NCBI RefSeq assembly: GCF_009914755.1
Contig: NC_060947.1
DNA from: the human T2T-CHM13v2.0 reference genome, Homo sapiens
DNA: 64,000 nt
Reading direction: 5' to 3' (one strand)
Shown here: positions 15,801 to 32,160 of the stretch, piece after piece
Numbering within the stretch: the first letter of the stretch is position 1
How the letters are laid out: every line of letters starts with the position of its first letter
Translations under genes and position numbers: made by a program
The notes under the pieces: generated by a model
Database searches by the model: none
What the model was told of the DNA's origin: nothing
The model's input: the letters and a program-made list of their open reading frames with translations, nothing else

Positions 15801-18539
15801 AATCCCATTCTATCATCAGGAACCGGAAATAGTAGGATGGTTTAGTACTAAAGGAAAAAAGAAAGCTCAGATACAGAAGAATATTTCAAACTCACATTCC
15901 CTAAATTATCCATCTATTCACCAAAGACTATGTCTTTTTCCCAACTAGCTCACTTTGTCAGAAATTATGGCATTTAATTATTTTCACGAAATGTAACTAA
16001 AGAATTTATCTTAATATTAATGCTACGCATTTCTGAGTTTGGATAGGAAGCCTGTATCCTCATACACAAAGAATGGAATGCTATTTTGTGTAGAACCATA
16101 AACTTAGCCTAACTACTTCTAAAGGTATCAAATGATCTACTTAACTTTTAAAAGTTAGTCTGCATGTGCTAATGAGGTGGAAAACTGAAACGTTACTGAG
16201 GCAGCTTAAATCTTGGTTTATTGGCTAAGTTGCATTCTGACCTAAATTTGTCAATACTGCATTAATTTTCCACCACTCTGTGATGTAGACACAAAGAAAG
16301 GCAGCCAAATGAATTCTGATTCTAATTTCAATAATTAAAATGACCACTTCTTTTATTAAAACTGGTATCAAAACTATAATTTTTCACTTGCAAAGAAATA
16401 TTTCTTTGTATATGAGGATACTGCCTTTCCATCCAATTTAAGGCAAGTAATTATTTGTATTTTATAAAATTACAATATAAATACTATGTGTGTTGTGACA
16501 AACAAAGCAAAATAGATGTTTGCCAAAGCAACTATGTTAGATATCCATAGTAGTAATCAGGTTGGCAACAATTTGATTTCGAATACTACCCTTTAGGCCC
16601 GTTCACAGATAAAGACTGCCTCCAAAGTATAGTGCTAACCTGATTTTAAACTACAGACATAAATGACTCCAGGTAACCATCCAAACAGATGATACAATAA
16701 CCCTAACGACCAAAATGCGTGTTAATTTTGCCAAATTTTGGAAAATCCCGGTTGTCCAAAATGCCAGATGGGTTACTAGTGTTTAACAATGTCAATTTCA
16801 TTCAAGATCTTGGAGTTGTTTTATGTTGATGTTAGAAAAAAAAACACACATACTTTTTATTTTCAACAAATAATGGAACATTTTAGCTGCTTCACAGAAT
16901 TCTGTCTTAGATAATTCAGTGGAAATGTAATTAATAATCTAAACACAATAACATATGGTGTTTTTTCCTCAAATAAAACCACTTGAATACAGTATTTAGC
17001 AAAGAGCCTTGCTGTTAAGGCAAGTTCCAGTATTTGGACAAAAAGAAAGACACTATCACCCCTAATGACTGCTGTTTCTTACCATGCACCATCTTTGAAA
17101 GTTTTCATAAGCATTTGATGGTAACTAGTGTTACCTAACAAGTACTGGTATTTTTCAATAATAATTTCTAATCATGGTATTTCTACAAAGTTGTGATGAC
17201 TTTGGTATTTTGAACATTGTTCTTTTTTCACTCTTTGAATAAAAACCTAATTAGGTTACAACTTGGAAAACTTGATTATTTTGAAAAGCACAAAGAAAAC
17301 CTACTACTCCAGGATTAGGAGTGGGTGAAACTTCCTCTAAGCAACTAAAGTTACTGTAATGGGTTTAGGGGAGCTAAGAATAATCAAAGAGTAGAATGAA
17401 GAAAGCCAGACAGCCACCCACGATAGTATTAAGATACCCCTTTAGTAAATATGGAGGAATAAAATTGGCAAAGCTAGTACTCCCACCAGCTCCTTCTTAA
17501 TGCCCCGCTGCAGAAGTAGAACCTTTGTTTTCTCCTTCACAGCACTTTGCACATTTATTTAATTATTAATAATTTGTTTAAAAGACACCATTTGTTTCAC
17601 CCATCATTTTATTCTCACTACCTTCCACGATGCCTGGAACACAGACTAACTGGCTGACTTTGTATCAGAATAATGTCTACCCTCTGCTAGAAAACCAATG
17701 ACTACGTTTCAATGAAGTTAACTCATTGAGTATATGTGAGAAGATGGGAAAATAGAGGGAAGCATTCGAATGTACCCCCCTTTAAGTTACCTAGAGGAGC
17801 TAAGAATAGATTCTAGGCTTCATTCACAGAGCATCATGACAGCATTCTGGTGAATATTTGGTTTAGGGACCTTAAACATGATGGCAATAAAATCTTCTTT
17901 GATGAAAATTTTAGTTCTTTTGTGTCTGTCCCTTTTTATGTACAGAGAATAAGTAATTCAGGGGTCTCGACTTCTATTTTTTTAACATGGTTTTGCCTAA
18001 TAAACAGAAATTTTGAACAGAAAGTATAAATATGTGATCTCTTGAAACATGGCTCATTAAAATATCATTTTAAACCTCATAACAGTCAACAAGCTGATAG
18101 AGACAAAGGTGTTATAGATATTTTTTCTCACTTCTTTGGAAGACCATGGATGTTTCGTTGTACATTTTTTAAGTGAGAGTCTTCAGTGTCCATGATTAGA
18201 ATAGAAAATTGATGATCTACAAGTGTACCCAAATCACACACAAACTTAGGAGTAAAAACATTAAGGAAAGGTGTCCTTGTCTAATTTTCAAGGGAGGTGA
18301 ACCAATAGTTTGAAAAGATTAGTAAAATTGAAATGTCAGTGCCTTTAATGTGTGAGGTTGAAATTCTGCTGAAAGAACATTCAATCTTTTTGGATAAATT
18401 AATACATACTTTTAATAAAGCCAGAATGCAATTAAGTTGTTGAATGAAAATTAATATTCATTTAATCAATTTAAGAAACATACATGGTTGACTTCTACAA
18501 AATTTGGAAATTCTTTTTCAACTTAAAATTAAGCTATTG

Positions 18540-20661
<2,122 letters not shown>

Positions 20662-21687
20662 CCCAAGCCATTATTTTAACGTACCCCATCATGGAGAAAC
20701 TTAAAGTAGAAGTGTTTATTTTTAAGCACTAGTCATGGTTAAAATGTAAATTTGATGGTAATAAACATCTGAAATGTACTTATCAACACATATAATTCTA
20801 TTTTCAGACTTTAATTCTATGTGAAATCAAATCATGGATGATAAATAATCTTACAAAAAGTGGGCAGCTATTTCACATGCAGTCCTTCACCTCTTCATCC
20901 AAGCTTCCATACATGACATCATTCAACAATACTTCAAACACCAAGTGACAGTTATCTACAATATTACAGAACATTTTAAAAACCAACCCTCCAAAAATAC
21001 TATGGCAAAATGTACCCTCTCTATTGAGTGTTTAACATTGTATCCTTCTTCATTTTCCTTAATCATGTAATAAATTTGATTAGACTGGATTATGTTAAAA
21101 ATCTTGTCTATTTTATTAAACACGTTACAACTCTGAGATTCAATACATGGGCAGTAGTTAAGAGAAGAGCTATGTTATTAAAACAAAGGAAAAGGAAACA
21201 AACAAAAAATAACTCTAACTCCAACACTTCTCTAGCACTATAAAACTTGGCTCCTGTCTGGAATTTTAATGTTTTAGTGTTCATGTAGCAAGCGTATCAT
21301 CAGATGCATTCATAACTTTCTAAAAAAAGAATAAAATTTTATCATACAACATAAAGTAGCAAATTACATTCCAGATTCATAATCAGTTTGAGCCTTGGTT
21401 GTTTGAGACTAAACCAAAGATTTTGGAAGGTTTTACATGTATCTCTCTGTTTGTGGAAAAGTTAGGTTCTCGAGTTCATTCCATCTCATATCCAAAGTAC
21501 AAGTAACCAGTCATTAAAGCCATATGCTGGCTGAGGGAAGGTTTTGTCCCAGTCAGACATTATTTATATAATCAATTCAAAGTTCTTAAGTACAGAAGCT
21601 ACAAAGCAAAGACAAACTGGTTGGCCGTTTGTTGTTGTTGTTGTTCTTCAAAGGCAATAAAGAATGCAGATTTGCAGTTAGACTCAG

Positions 21688-22257
21688 TGTCAGACTGTGT
21701 GCTCCAAACACGGCCCAACAGCAACTCCTATCCCACATTCTCTTCTACAATGTGAACTTGCCACTGCTCCATCAAAAGGTGGTATTCAATTCTCCTTCCC
21801 TTAAATCCAAGCTGGCCATATGGCTCCTTTGTAACCAACTGAATGTGGTAGAAGACAAGTGTGATTTCTCAGCCTAGTTCAGAGAGATTCTGGCTCTTAT
21901 GACTCTTGTCCTGCGGGACCCACTCAATTTGTAAGAATTCCAATATCCTAAGACCACAATGCTAGAAAGGCCACCTGTAGGCATTCCAGGGAGAGTCACA
22001 GCTTTGCCCAGTATCTCACAGCCTTCCCCACCAAGGTGCCAAACCTGTGAGCGAAATCATTTGGAAAATGACCCTACAGTTCCAGACGTTCTGGTTCCTA
22101 GCCATTCAAGTTATCTTCCACAAGGGCTCCAGACATCCATCCTCATTATGTCCTATCTGAATTCCTGACCCACAGAATTCATGAGTATAATAAAATGGTT
22201 ATTTTACACGACTAACTTTTGTTGTGGTTAGTTTCCCAGCATTAGCAACTGGAATAC
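21688..22257 (+). mobile_element. MaLR solo LTR (MLT1G/H-like)
   Basis: cttgccactgctccatcaaaaggtgg and ctgaattcctgacccacagaa...ataataaaatggtt...agcaactggaata. Confidence 0.8.
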
Positions 22258-22269
22258 TCTTGGTAAGAA

Positions 22270-22440
22270 TCCATCTTTACCACTAGTTAATTGAGACCTT
22301 GGTAATCTTAACAAAAATCCAAAGTTTCCTCAATAATATATAGGGATAACTTTAGCTACCTTGCAAGTTTATTGTGACATTGGGAATAACTGAGGTGTCT
22401 GGCTTGTAATAGGACTGAATAAAAGGATAATAGTTTTGTG
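22270..22440 (+). mobile_element. MIR fragment
   Basis: Degenerate core gagaccttgg...agtttcctc. Confidence 0.5.
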
Positions 22441-25400
22441 ATCATGATCTACCAAGAGCATTGTTAAATGTTAGGTAATGCATATCAAAATTTAAATTTG
22501 AAATTGACAAAGTACTTCATTATGCAATTCATTATGCAATGCAGAGATTTTACTACTTAAAGGGGAAAAATCTTCAATTATTGAAAAAAGTATCACTGGG
22601 ATTTTCTGAATACGTAACCAGGAAGAAACATAACACTAACAAACAGGCACTTTCATATATTTAATCTTTATGATAAACCATTTGAGGACATTAAGTTGTA
22701 TGAGGTCACATGATTGGTAAGTGGCCAAGTTCAGGTCAGTTAGAATCCAATGTCTCATTTATTCTCCAACATACTACTCTACTCTGATACAGAATTACAT
22801 TACAATTTAGCATAGCTCACATGGAAGTTTGTTGTGGTATTTATTTATTTATTCGGTTAGTTATTTTGGGGTAGCCCTCAGAACCAGAAGTGGTTCAGAG
22901 AGCTCCCTGCTGTGGTATTTAGGTTAGGTATTCCAGAGACACATTTTGAAGCATCTATATTCCTTTCACTAGCATGTCTAGTAGCACTGACTATATCTAT
23001 GGTCTCTGCAAGTGGTCTTACTATTAAACAAAAACTTGCAGGAAATTTCTTGAAATGTATTCCCGACAGCAAGTAAAATCTATTGCTTGAGATATTCTTT
23101 TGTTTGTTTTTGTTTTGTTTTGAAATGTTTTACGAAAGGCCAGGCTTTTCCCACACCCATCAAATCCCTTAGCTGCCAAGACTGATCTAAGTGGCTCCCT
23201 GGGAATTATAATCCTTCTATGAATGTGAGCAAAAGAGAAATTATATCTGTTCACACATTAAAATGTCCTTTGTAAAAGTAAATCTAAGGAACCTGAAAAT
23301 CTAAAAGACATTAAGAGAAAGTCATCAGGAAGATCTTGAAATAAGTTATACTTGGTTTTCTCTGGCTTATCAGTGGAGAAAGTTTTGGTGCTCTCTGGTA
23401 CTCTTAACTGTCCACCCGTCTATGATGTCTAGGTTAAACAAAACTGCATTTATTCTTCTTATGTTCTTTTCAAGGAAGCCAGAAGTGGGTATAACAATAG
23501 TGACTTCCAGGCTTGCGGAGCTATTTGTAAAAATGCATCAATATCAACACATTTCAAGCAACAAGCTGAACCTTCCCCGGAGCAAATCACATTGTGAGGT
23601 TTCCTAATGAAACTGTGTTTTCGAATTAAGGAATAAATGCAAAATATGAACAGATGAAACATGTTTGAACTCAGAATCACTATATCTCAGATTTGCTAAG
23701 ACGTGCAGGTGGTTAGGCAGTTCCATTTATCTTTAACACCTAAGATAGGCTTTCTTATAAATTCCTTTTAAAGTAGCTTTTTATACTAAAGTTAAAAAAA
23801 GATCTACATATAAAGCACTCTAAAAAGAATTTCTTGTCAATTAGAAATGATAATATTCACCTGTTATTAGCATATGGTATACTGCCATTTCAAAACTACC
23901 AATGACTCACGTTACAAATGCAGCTATTTTTAGGATAGTATGTGAATGATGTTAACAATATCCCTTGAAAAAAGGTACTATTTGATCAAGTATTTTGGGA
24001 TAAAAAAAAGGAAAAATGAATTTGTTATATCCCTAAATTACTGTTAGTAAAAGTGTTCATTTGGCCATCTGTATGTCCTTGCTTTCTCCTTAGTCAACAA
24101 ATTACACAGACACCAAAAAGCAATCTGCTTTACATGAAATAGCTATGTATTTATACATTTTAAAGAAGAAATGTAAAGTCTCCTTAGAGGTTATAGAGCA
24201 CATTTGATATCAAATTTAGGGCATCAGCATTCTGTATACACTTGTGCCAATCCTATTTACACTAAGGATTCTTGTAATTGCTGTGAAATCCTAGCAACTA
24301 TATCCTAGAAATAAAGTTAGCAAACTAAATGTGACTAAGCAGAAGTCTAAAATATTACTATAATTTGTGTAAGATTTAAGGTTTATTAAAAGGTTCCCCA
24401 AAACAGTACTGGGGAAAACTACCCTTAGAAAGAATTCTGTGGCCGGCAGCCATGTGAGTACTGCGTATTCTAAACTTCCTAACAAGCACACTTTATTTTT
24501 TTTTTATCTTTCCACCATTAATCACAGTCAATTAGCCGCTTTCTCATATGTCTTTCTGGAACACTTAGAACTTAAGATGAGTGCCTCAACTGTCCTCCAT
24601 ACATTGAATTGGAACACCAGAGAAAAGCATTACGGCTGACTGACAACCGGATTAGTGGTTCGTACTAGAAGAGCTGACGCAACCTTCAATACACCAGAAC
24701 ACAAGAGGCATGGTTCTACTTTTGCTTAAAATCATAAAACAGGTTATAAACAGCAAATGATGCACATTTGGTACCAAAATTAAAATGCAAGTTTAAAAAT
24801 AATGGCTTAGGGGAAAGTTTCAGTAGAAACTGGGTCTAAGTAGGGCATACTATTGTGAGTAGAAACATTCCTGAAATGCTCCTTCAGTAAATACAGGCCT
24901 GCCTCTTCACAGCAGTTTTAATTCTAATTAAGACAAACATTTTTAATTAAGCCTTAAAGATCCTGGTGAAGGGCCTTCAGTAAAAGTGTCCTTGGTGGTT
25001 CCTCCCAAGGTAATTTATTTTGAAAGACAAAGATGTGGATCTCTCAAAATCTTCAGAGAAGACATTTCCCTCCCTGTTTTCTGCTACTCCACACAGCAAA
25101 CAGACGAAAAAAGCTGCTTGCCCTTTGGAACAGACAAGAAAAGCACTGCTGGTTTTGATTCGGGCATTCCCCTTCCTTTCAAAACACTGGCGGACAGAAG
25201 CTTCAAATTCACATAACATAAGAAAGCACATTTTGTAAAGTGGGGACACAGAGCAATTTTCCATATCTTGTTTCCTTTCCTCCACCCCCGCCCTGTGTCC
25301 CACCATCACCGTGGAGAGCAAAAAATGAACTGCTATTATATATACACAAAGTCAAGAACTTGTTCCAGAAAACCTCTAACAAAATCATCTCTACTTTTTA

Positions 25401-26377
25401 CCCATTTGCTTATGAATTCTACTTTATCTGGGCTGAAAACTATTTTTTTAAGGCAAGATAAGATGAAAGCTGATTTTCAGAAATCCAAATAGAAATATTC
25501 GCTGGGCTATGACTTTCAGCAAGGGGGTAGAATAAACAGGGAAAAATCCCAAACTGGGCCTGCCTTTGATTTTTACTTTGCAGAGTGCTATTACCGCTAT
25601 ATTTGCATTAGGCTTGCGTCTCCATATTTCCTTGACTAGAGAGGAAAAAAGCTGAGATAAATGGGTATGGAGGCAATTAAGAAAAGGTTAGCAAACACTG
25701 TATGTTGCTCTGCAAACTCGAGCTGGCTTCTCCCCATTCCCTACATTCCTGGCCAAGAAAAAAGGGTACTGGCTTGAAAAGCAAATGTGAGTTGAAACTG
25801 GTTTCTCTAACCTATCTGAAAAGTCTTTATGCAATCAGGGGTCTATTATTTCAGGAGACAGAGAGAAAGGGGCAAAACATTCACGTTGCCAAGGAGTCGT
25901 GCAGTAGCTGTCATTCCTACATAAATTTTATTATTGAAGAGGGGAAAGGAGATATTTTCGCCAAAGTTTATTTGGATCCCCTGGTTACCGAAGAAAGAAA
26001 TTCTGCCGATTTATTTTATCTTTAGTTGTAAACTGCCAACCCTGAAAGAATTGAAGGACCTAAATGTTGACCTCCTGCTGCCAACCAGTTCCCTCCACAG
26101 TGAATTAACCAACAAAGAGGAAACCCTTCAATGGGAATTTTGAGGTAGTATCAAAGAAAAAGCCTTTTTTAAACACAAAATTAAATTTACAGAAGAAACT
26201 TGGTCAAATTTTCCTGTGTTATAACAGGAAACCAAAGACAAAAGAAAATCAGATTTTTGTGGCTTTTTGTGCTATTTCAACTTTGTTACAACTTGAAACG
26301 TTTCCAGGAAAGCTTTATAAATAGTCCCAGAGAAGACATGAAACTGGAAGGAATGTAATGAGTTTCTCAGGTGTCTA

Positions 26378-26417
26378 TGTGTGTGTGTGTGAGTCTGTGT
26401 ATGTGTGTGTGAGAGAG

Positions 26418-26448
<31 letters not shown>

Positions 26449-26454
26449 AAGAAA
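26378..26454 (+). repeat. Compound (TG)n(GA)n(GAAA)n microsatellite in intron 1
   Basis: Read directly from the sequence. Confidence 0.95.
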
Positions 26455-27150
26455 ATCGCCGGCAGGTCCTCTCTCTTTATTTCCCTTTCTCTTCGCTGAC
26501 ACCAGCAGTTGAAGAATCAAAATTAGAAAGGAAGGGGTTTGTAGCGAGAAATCATAAGTTGACTGATTTTTGCTAAGGGCATAACTGGGGCGCCGGGGAA
26601 GGCAACTGGAGGGTCAGGGAGGGCGGAAAGCAGTAAAGCCCCCTGGGACTGGTAGCCTCAGTAGCTACCTTATTCTCCACTCCCCACCCCCATCTTATCC
26701 ATTTGCAGCTTTCAGCGCTGGCGGAATAAAGCACAACTTTCTAGGCATCTGTGAGTAGCTCATGGAGAAAAGAAAGGTCTGGAGGAGAGAAGAGTTACTT
26801 AGAGTGGCAGAGAAAGAAAGGCAACTCACAATCAACGGCGGCGTCACCAAAAAAGGAAAGGAAAACAAGCCTGTCCCTCTCTCAACTCTTCATATCCATC
26901 AAAAACGTAAGGAAATAAAATCCAAACCGAAATACATTGGTGAAAACGCAGATAAGGTGGAGTGGAACCGGCAGAAATGTGAACACTAGGCAAATTCGTC
27001 CTCGAGAGAGGAAGGAAAAAGAGTGGGGAAGACCGAACAGCGAACCCCCGCAGCATCTCGGTGGAGTTGGGGCGTTTTTGCCTGCTTCTTTTTTAACGGG
27101 GGTGTGGAAGGCGTCGCATTTTTTTACACAGCCACATGGCTCTCGCCTCA

Positions 27151-28089
<939 letters not shown>

Positions 28090-30102
28090 CTACCCCGCCT
28101 CTGGCCCGCGGGCGGAGCCCAGTGCCAGCCCGCGCCCCCGATTCGCAACGCGCGGCAGTTCCTTGAAGCAGCCCCGCGCCCAGCCCGGCCCTCGCCGGGC
28201 CCCCAGCCTCGCTGGCTCCAGGTCGCCGGGCTCTCCCCTTTCGCCCAGTCACGTGGGTTTCCTTTTCTTAGGGAGCAGGAGTGGGCCGTTTTCTAGAAGG
28301 CGCCAGAGGTGGATTCCTAGGTTTCCTAAGCTGTGCCTCTTGGAGCAAGGACAGGTCCTCTGTCTCTCAGTGATGTAACACGCCCCTCCCCGGACAATTT
28401 CACATCCTGAGAGATTTGCGGGACGGAGGAGAAAAGTGACTAAATGCATTTTGCCCTCTTTTCAAAACCAGACGGGCCCAGGAGTCCCCCGGTTTTCCCT
28501 GTTTTCTCACTTCTCCGCTAGCCTGCTGCCGCTTCTGTTCTCTGGGCTCACCTGCTTTTGCGCCCCCCTATGAAGGGCATTTGCTCTGAAAACGCAGGCG
28601 CTAAAAAGGAAATGAGAGCTCCTGCGAAATATGAAGTAAGTCTTATTTCCATCTCCACTGCTCTGCCCTTTGGGTGTTGGCTAAAACCTTTATTAATTCC
28701 GCTTTGCATTATGCCAAGCTGGATCTAATTCCCCTCCTGGGTATTAGGATGTCCTTGTCCTTAGCAAGATCTAGCCCAGGACCTGCAATAGGAAAAGTGA
28801 TGTGTATATTTCCTGAATGGTAAACTAAGCAGTCTACAAATATTTGTTGAGCATCTAAGGGCTAAGGATTCAACACAATAGGACATCGTCCTGTTCTTAA
28901 GTAGATGCACCATATTTTCTCCCTTATGTGAGGACTAAACACCTCTTGAAATTGAAATTGAAATTTTGTAATTGCCTGGTTCAGCATGTGATTGGTGGGT
29001 TATCTGTCTCTTGTAGCTCTTTGACTCATCTCCATCTTTTCTATAAAATAAATAATTTATTGAATACATTAATGAGGAGGGGCGATGTTTCTAGATCTTT
29101 AGTCATCCCAAAAACTTGGTGAGACTCCCAAAACAGTGGTTAAGAGCTGAAGAATGCAAGAAACATGTTCTCTCTTCTATGAAACACAATCCTCAATGTT
29201 GCAAGATTTCATACTTTTGGTTGATAAAAATTATTTTTCCCCAACCACATCTTTCCATAGGTTGAACACATGTTGACTGCAGCAACATTTTGGGCTAAGA
29301 AACAATCGAGTTAGTGTCAAATGAGAACAAACCTAATGTAAAATAAACGCCCGGGCTTTTCTTATATTTACAATTTCGGGAACTTTTCTCCCACCTCTCA
29401 ATCATTACCGTGCTAATTATTGCAGGACCCTTAACAAAGAATGCCTAGAGCATCCAGAGCTCACTAACCTCCAAATCCCAAAGGGCTTCTTGGCTTCTCA
29501 ACTAGAAAGAAGCCTAAGTGCATATTCTCCTTAAAAAATTAGGGAACACTGAAAAATTTACAAACCGGGACAATTAATAGGTGACCAGGATTGTGTGACT
29601 GTTCTTTTATCTAGATTTATAATGTGTATTCAAAAGTAATAAGAAAATGTCTTGAGTGTGCTCTCAAAGATATAAAGAAATCTTTATTTTGCCTCCAACT
29701 TCTATCATCTTCTCTTTAATAAGTTTATTTTCCAATTAGCCAATAGTTTTCTTTATTCTCTTCAATGCAGGCTTTCTTTCCCCTCTACCCCTACCCCAAC
29801 CCCCACCTCCACCCACATTTTTGCTTAATTTTTTTCTGGCTTGTTCTCAACTGCTTGCTTGAGTTACTCCATCCTTCTTTATACTATCTAAAAAAATTGT
29901 CTCTATACTGTCTCCAAAACTAGAAAAGTAAACAATTTTTAACAAAAAGCCAAATTTTCCTTAAAAAACTCTATTCCTCTATTAATAATTTATAGAATTT
30001 TGCACAACATAGGCCCATCAACCATCCCTAATCCTCAATTTCAAAATACAACAAACTCTCAAAAGTATTTTTTTTTCTTTTCATATATTTGTAGCAAACT
30101 CA

Positions 30103-30765
30103 GGGGCACAGGGACACTTCCTCTCCAACTGCTGAAGGTTCACTGGAAATGAACTGAGAAAAGGCAGATTAATTGGAGAAAAAAAATGCATGTAAAACTT
30201 ATTTTATGTGCACAGGGAAAAAAATCACAGGAGTGTGATTACCCAATAACACAATGAGGTCCAGATGCTTATATACCCTTCTTCACTGAAAGAGAGATGA
30301 GGGGTGTAGGAGTAAATGATTGCCAGGGGAAACTGGGCCCAAAGAACATGGCCTGAAACAAAGTTTTTCTGAGCTCTGGGGAAGGTGGCAGTAAGGTGAG
30401 GGGCGGAATGTCACTGTGAACAAAGGTTGTCTTGTTATGCAGATTGAGCCTCCCAGGTAATTTCTGAACTGCCCTGGAAGGAATAGATGAAAAGTCAGTC
30501 CTGACATAGTGAGAACTCCCAGTCTCTTCTGGGTGGTTGATCTTTCCTGGTTATTTGATGAGATTTCAAGGGAAGGGGTCTTAAGATAATTGCATTTTTT
30601 TGGAAAGGAGTTTTCTTAGTTATATAAGGAAATTCCAGAGGGAATTCCTCCTGGTGCTTCAGGAAGCAAAGAGAGTCAGAGAGACAGAGAGGCAGGGAAA
30701 AGTCAGAGAGAGTCCTTGAGGCTGATTCTTGAGTTCAGTATGTCAAAGCACCATATTTGGGGGTT
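30103..30765 (-). mobile_element. ERV1 LTR (MER31-like); its extreme 5' end lies at about 31420-31443
   Basis: ctgaaggttcactg...aggcagattaat, gtccagatgcttatata and aaagcaccatatttgggg; terminal ...ccccaaca at 31443. Confidence 0.7.
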
Positions 30766-30769
30766 TTGT

Positions 30770-31418
30770 TTTATCATCCAAAAGACCACCAGGATGGCTA
30801 AATACTAGAAAGAAGAGCTTTATTGTCGATATTAGTTTTCAAACTGGGAAGAGAAGGTCTCTGGCAGGAGCCGAAGGTGCTCCCTCTTTGAATAGGGGAA
30901 GGACAGGTTGGGTTTTATACCTCACGGGGTCCATATTACAAAATATAATCATATATATTCAGCAAGTTTGGGAGAAAAGCAATACATATTTATCAGAGGA
31001 GAAGAAAGCATGCACAATGGGTAAACATATATGTAACATCCCATGTTCACTTTGGGGCAGGGTCTTAGCACTAAAACGAGGTGGAATTTGGCTCTTTACA
31101 TCAAAAGTTGAACTGTATGACACAAAGACAGTTTCTATGCAGCCTCTGTAAGCTGGCTGAAACTGGCTTAAGGTCTGTAATTGCTTATGAGAAAAGAATG
31201 TTTATAAGGTCCGTACTATGTCCAATCAGAGCTGCAGTGGTCTGGGTTGTAACTTAGAATTAGTAGGAATCTGATAGCTCCTATTGTTTGGAAGTTCAGA
31301 ACAGTAGGAATCTGGAAATTTGCCATGTCAGCTAGGCCCTGAACCCTAGACCCATAAGTCATTTTGTTTCCTTAACCACAGGGTTCATATTAGCTAATAT
31401 AGGGGCATCTATTTCTCA
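30770..31418 (-). mobile_element. ERV1 LTR (MER67-like) nested in the MER31-like LTR
   Basis: Minus-strand start TGAGAAATAGATGCCCCT...GGTTAAGGAAACAAAA...GGGTTCAGGGCC; AATAAA near its 3' end. Confidence 0.7.
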
Positions 31419-31628
31419 GATTAGAGCTTTCTGATCCCCAACAGTGGGAAAACATCTTTCAAACTGATGTGAGGCTATCTATGGTTTCAATTTATCCATT
31501 TAGTGTGAAGAAATATGTAGGCAGAGATCCCACAGTGTATGCACCATAGTATTCTTCGAATATCTGAAAAATCATGAATTGCCCAACATAGCTGGCCCCA
31601 AAAGTTTCATATAAAAGACAGTAGACTT

Positions 31629-31931
31629 GGCCTGGTGCAGTGGCTCATGCCTGTAATCCCAGCACTTTGGGATGATGAGGCGGGTGCATCACCTGAGGTC
31701 AGGAGTTCGAGACCAGCCTGGCCAACAGGGCGAAACCCTGTCTCTACTGAAAATACAAAAATCAGCCGGGCGTGGTCGTGCATGCCTGTAATCGCAGCTA
31801 CTGGGGAGGCTGAGGCAGGAGAATCGCGTGAACTTGGGAGGCAGAGGTGGCAGTGAGCCAAGACTGCACCATTGCACTCTGGCCCGGACAACAGAGCAAG
31901 GCTCTGTCTCAAAAAAAAAAAAAAAAAAAAA
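31629..31931 (+). mobile_element. Full-length AluS
   Basis: Dimeric Alu with A tail; diverged TSD AAAAGAcagTAGACTTG / AAAAGAtgaTAGACTTG. Confidence 0.96.
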
Positions 31932-32077
31932 GATGATAGACTTGTATTTACCCTAAAAATGGGAAAAGTAGAATGGGAGATTCCAAAATTAGCAAACATT
32001 GAATGAAAACCTACCCCCCAAAAGGTATCTGACTGGAAGTGGGTGGTAGTTGGGGTGGGAAGTGACAGTTAAGATTT

Positions 32078-32160
32078 ATGTATGTATCTTATGTATGTAT
32101 CATATATGTGAATATATATGTGTGCGTGTGTATGTGTGTGTGTATGTGTGTGTGTGTGTG
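32078..32160 (+). repeat. (TATG)n/(TG)n microsatellite
   Basis: Read directly from the sequence. Confidence 0.85.

Larger units (their letters stand above)
30010..31629. mobile_element. MER96B-like hAT element in two pieces (about 30010-30102 and 31444-31629)
   Basis: The left piece ends gtagcaaactca; the right piece resumes aactgatgtgaggctat...tagtgtgaa...ctggcccc. Confidence 0.65.
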
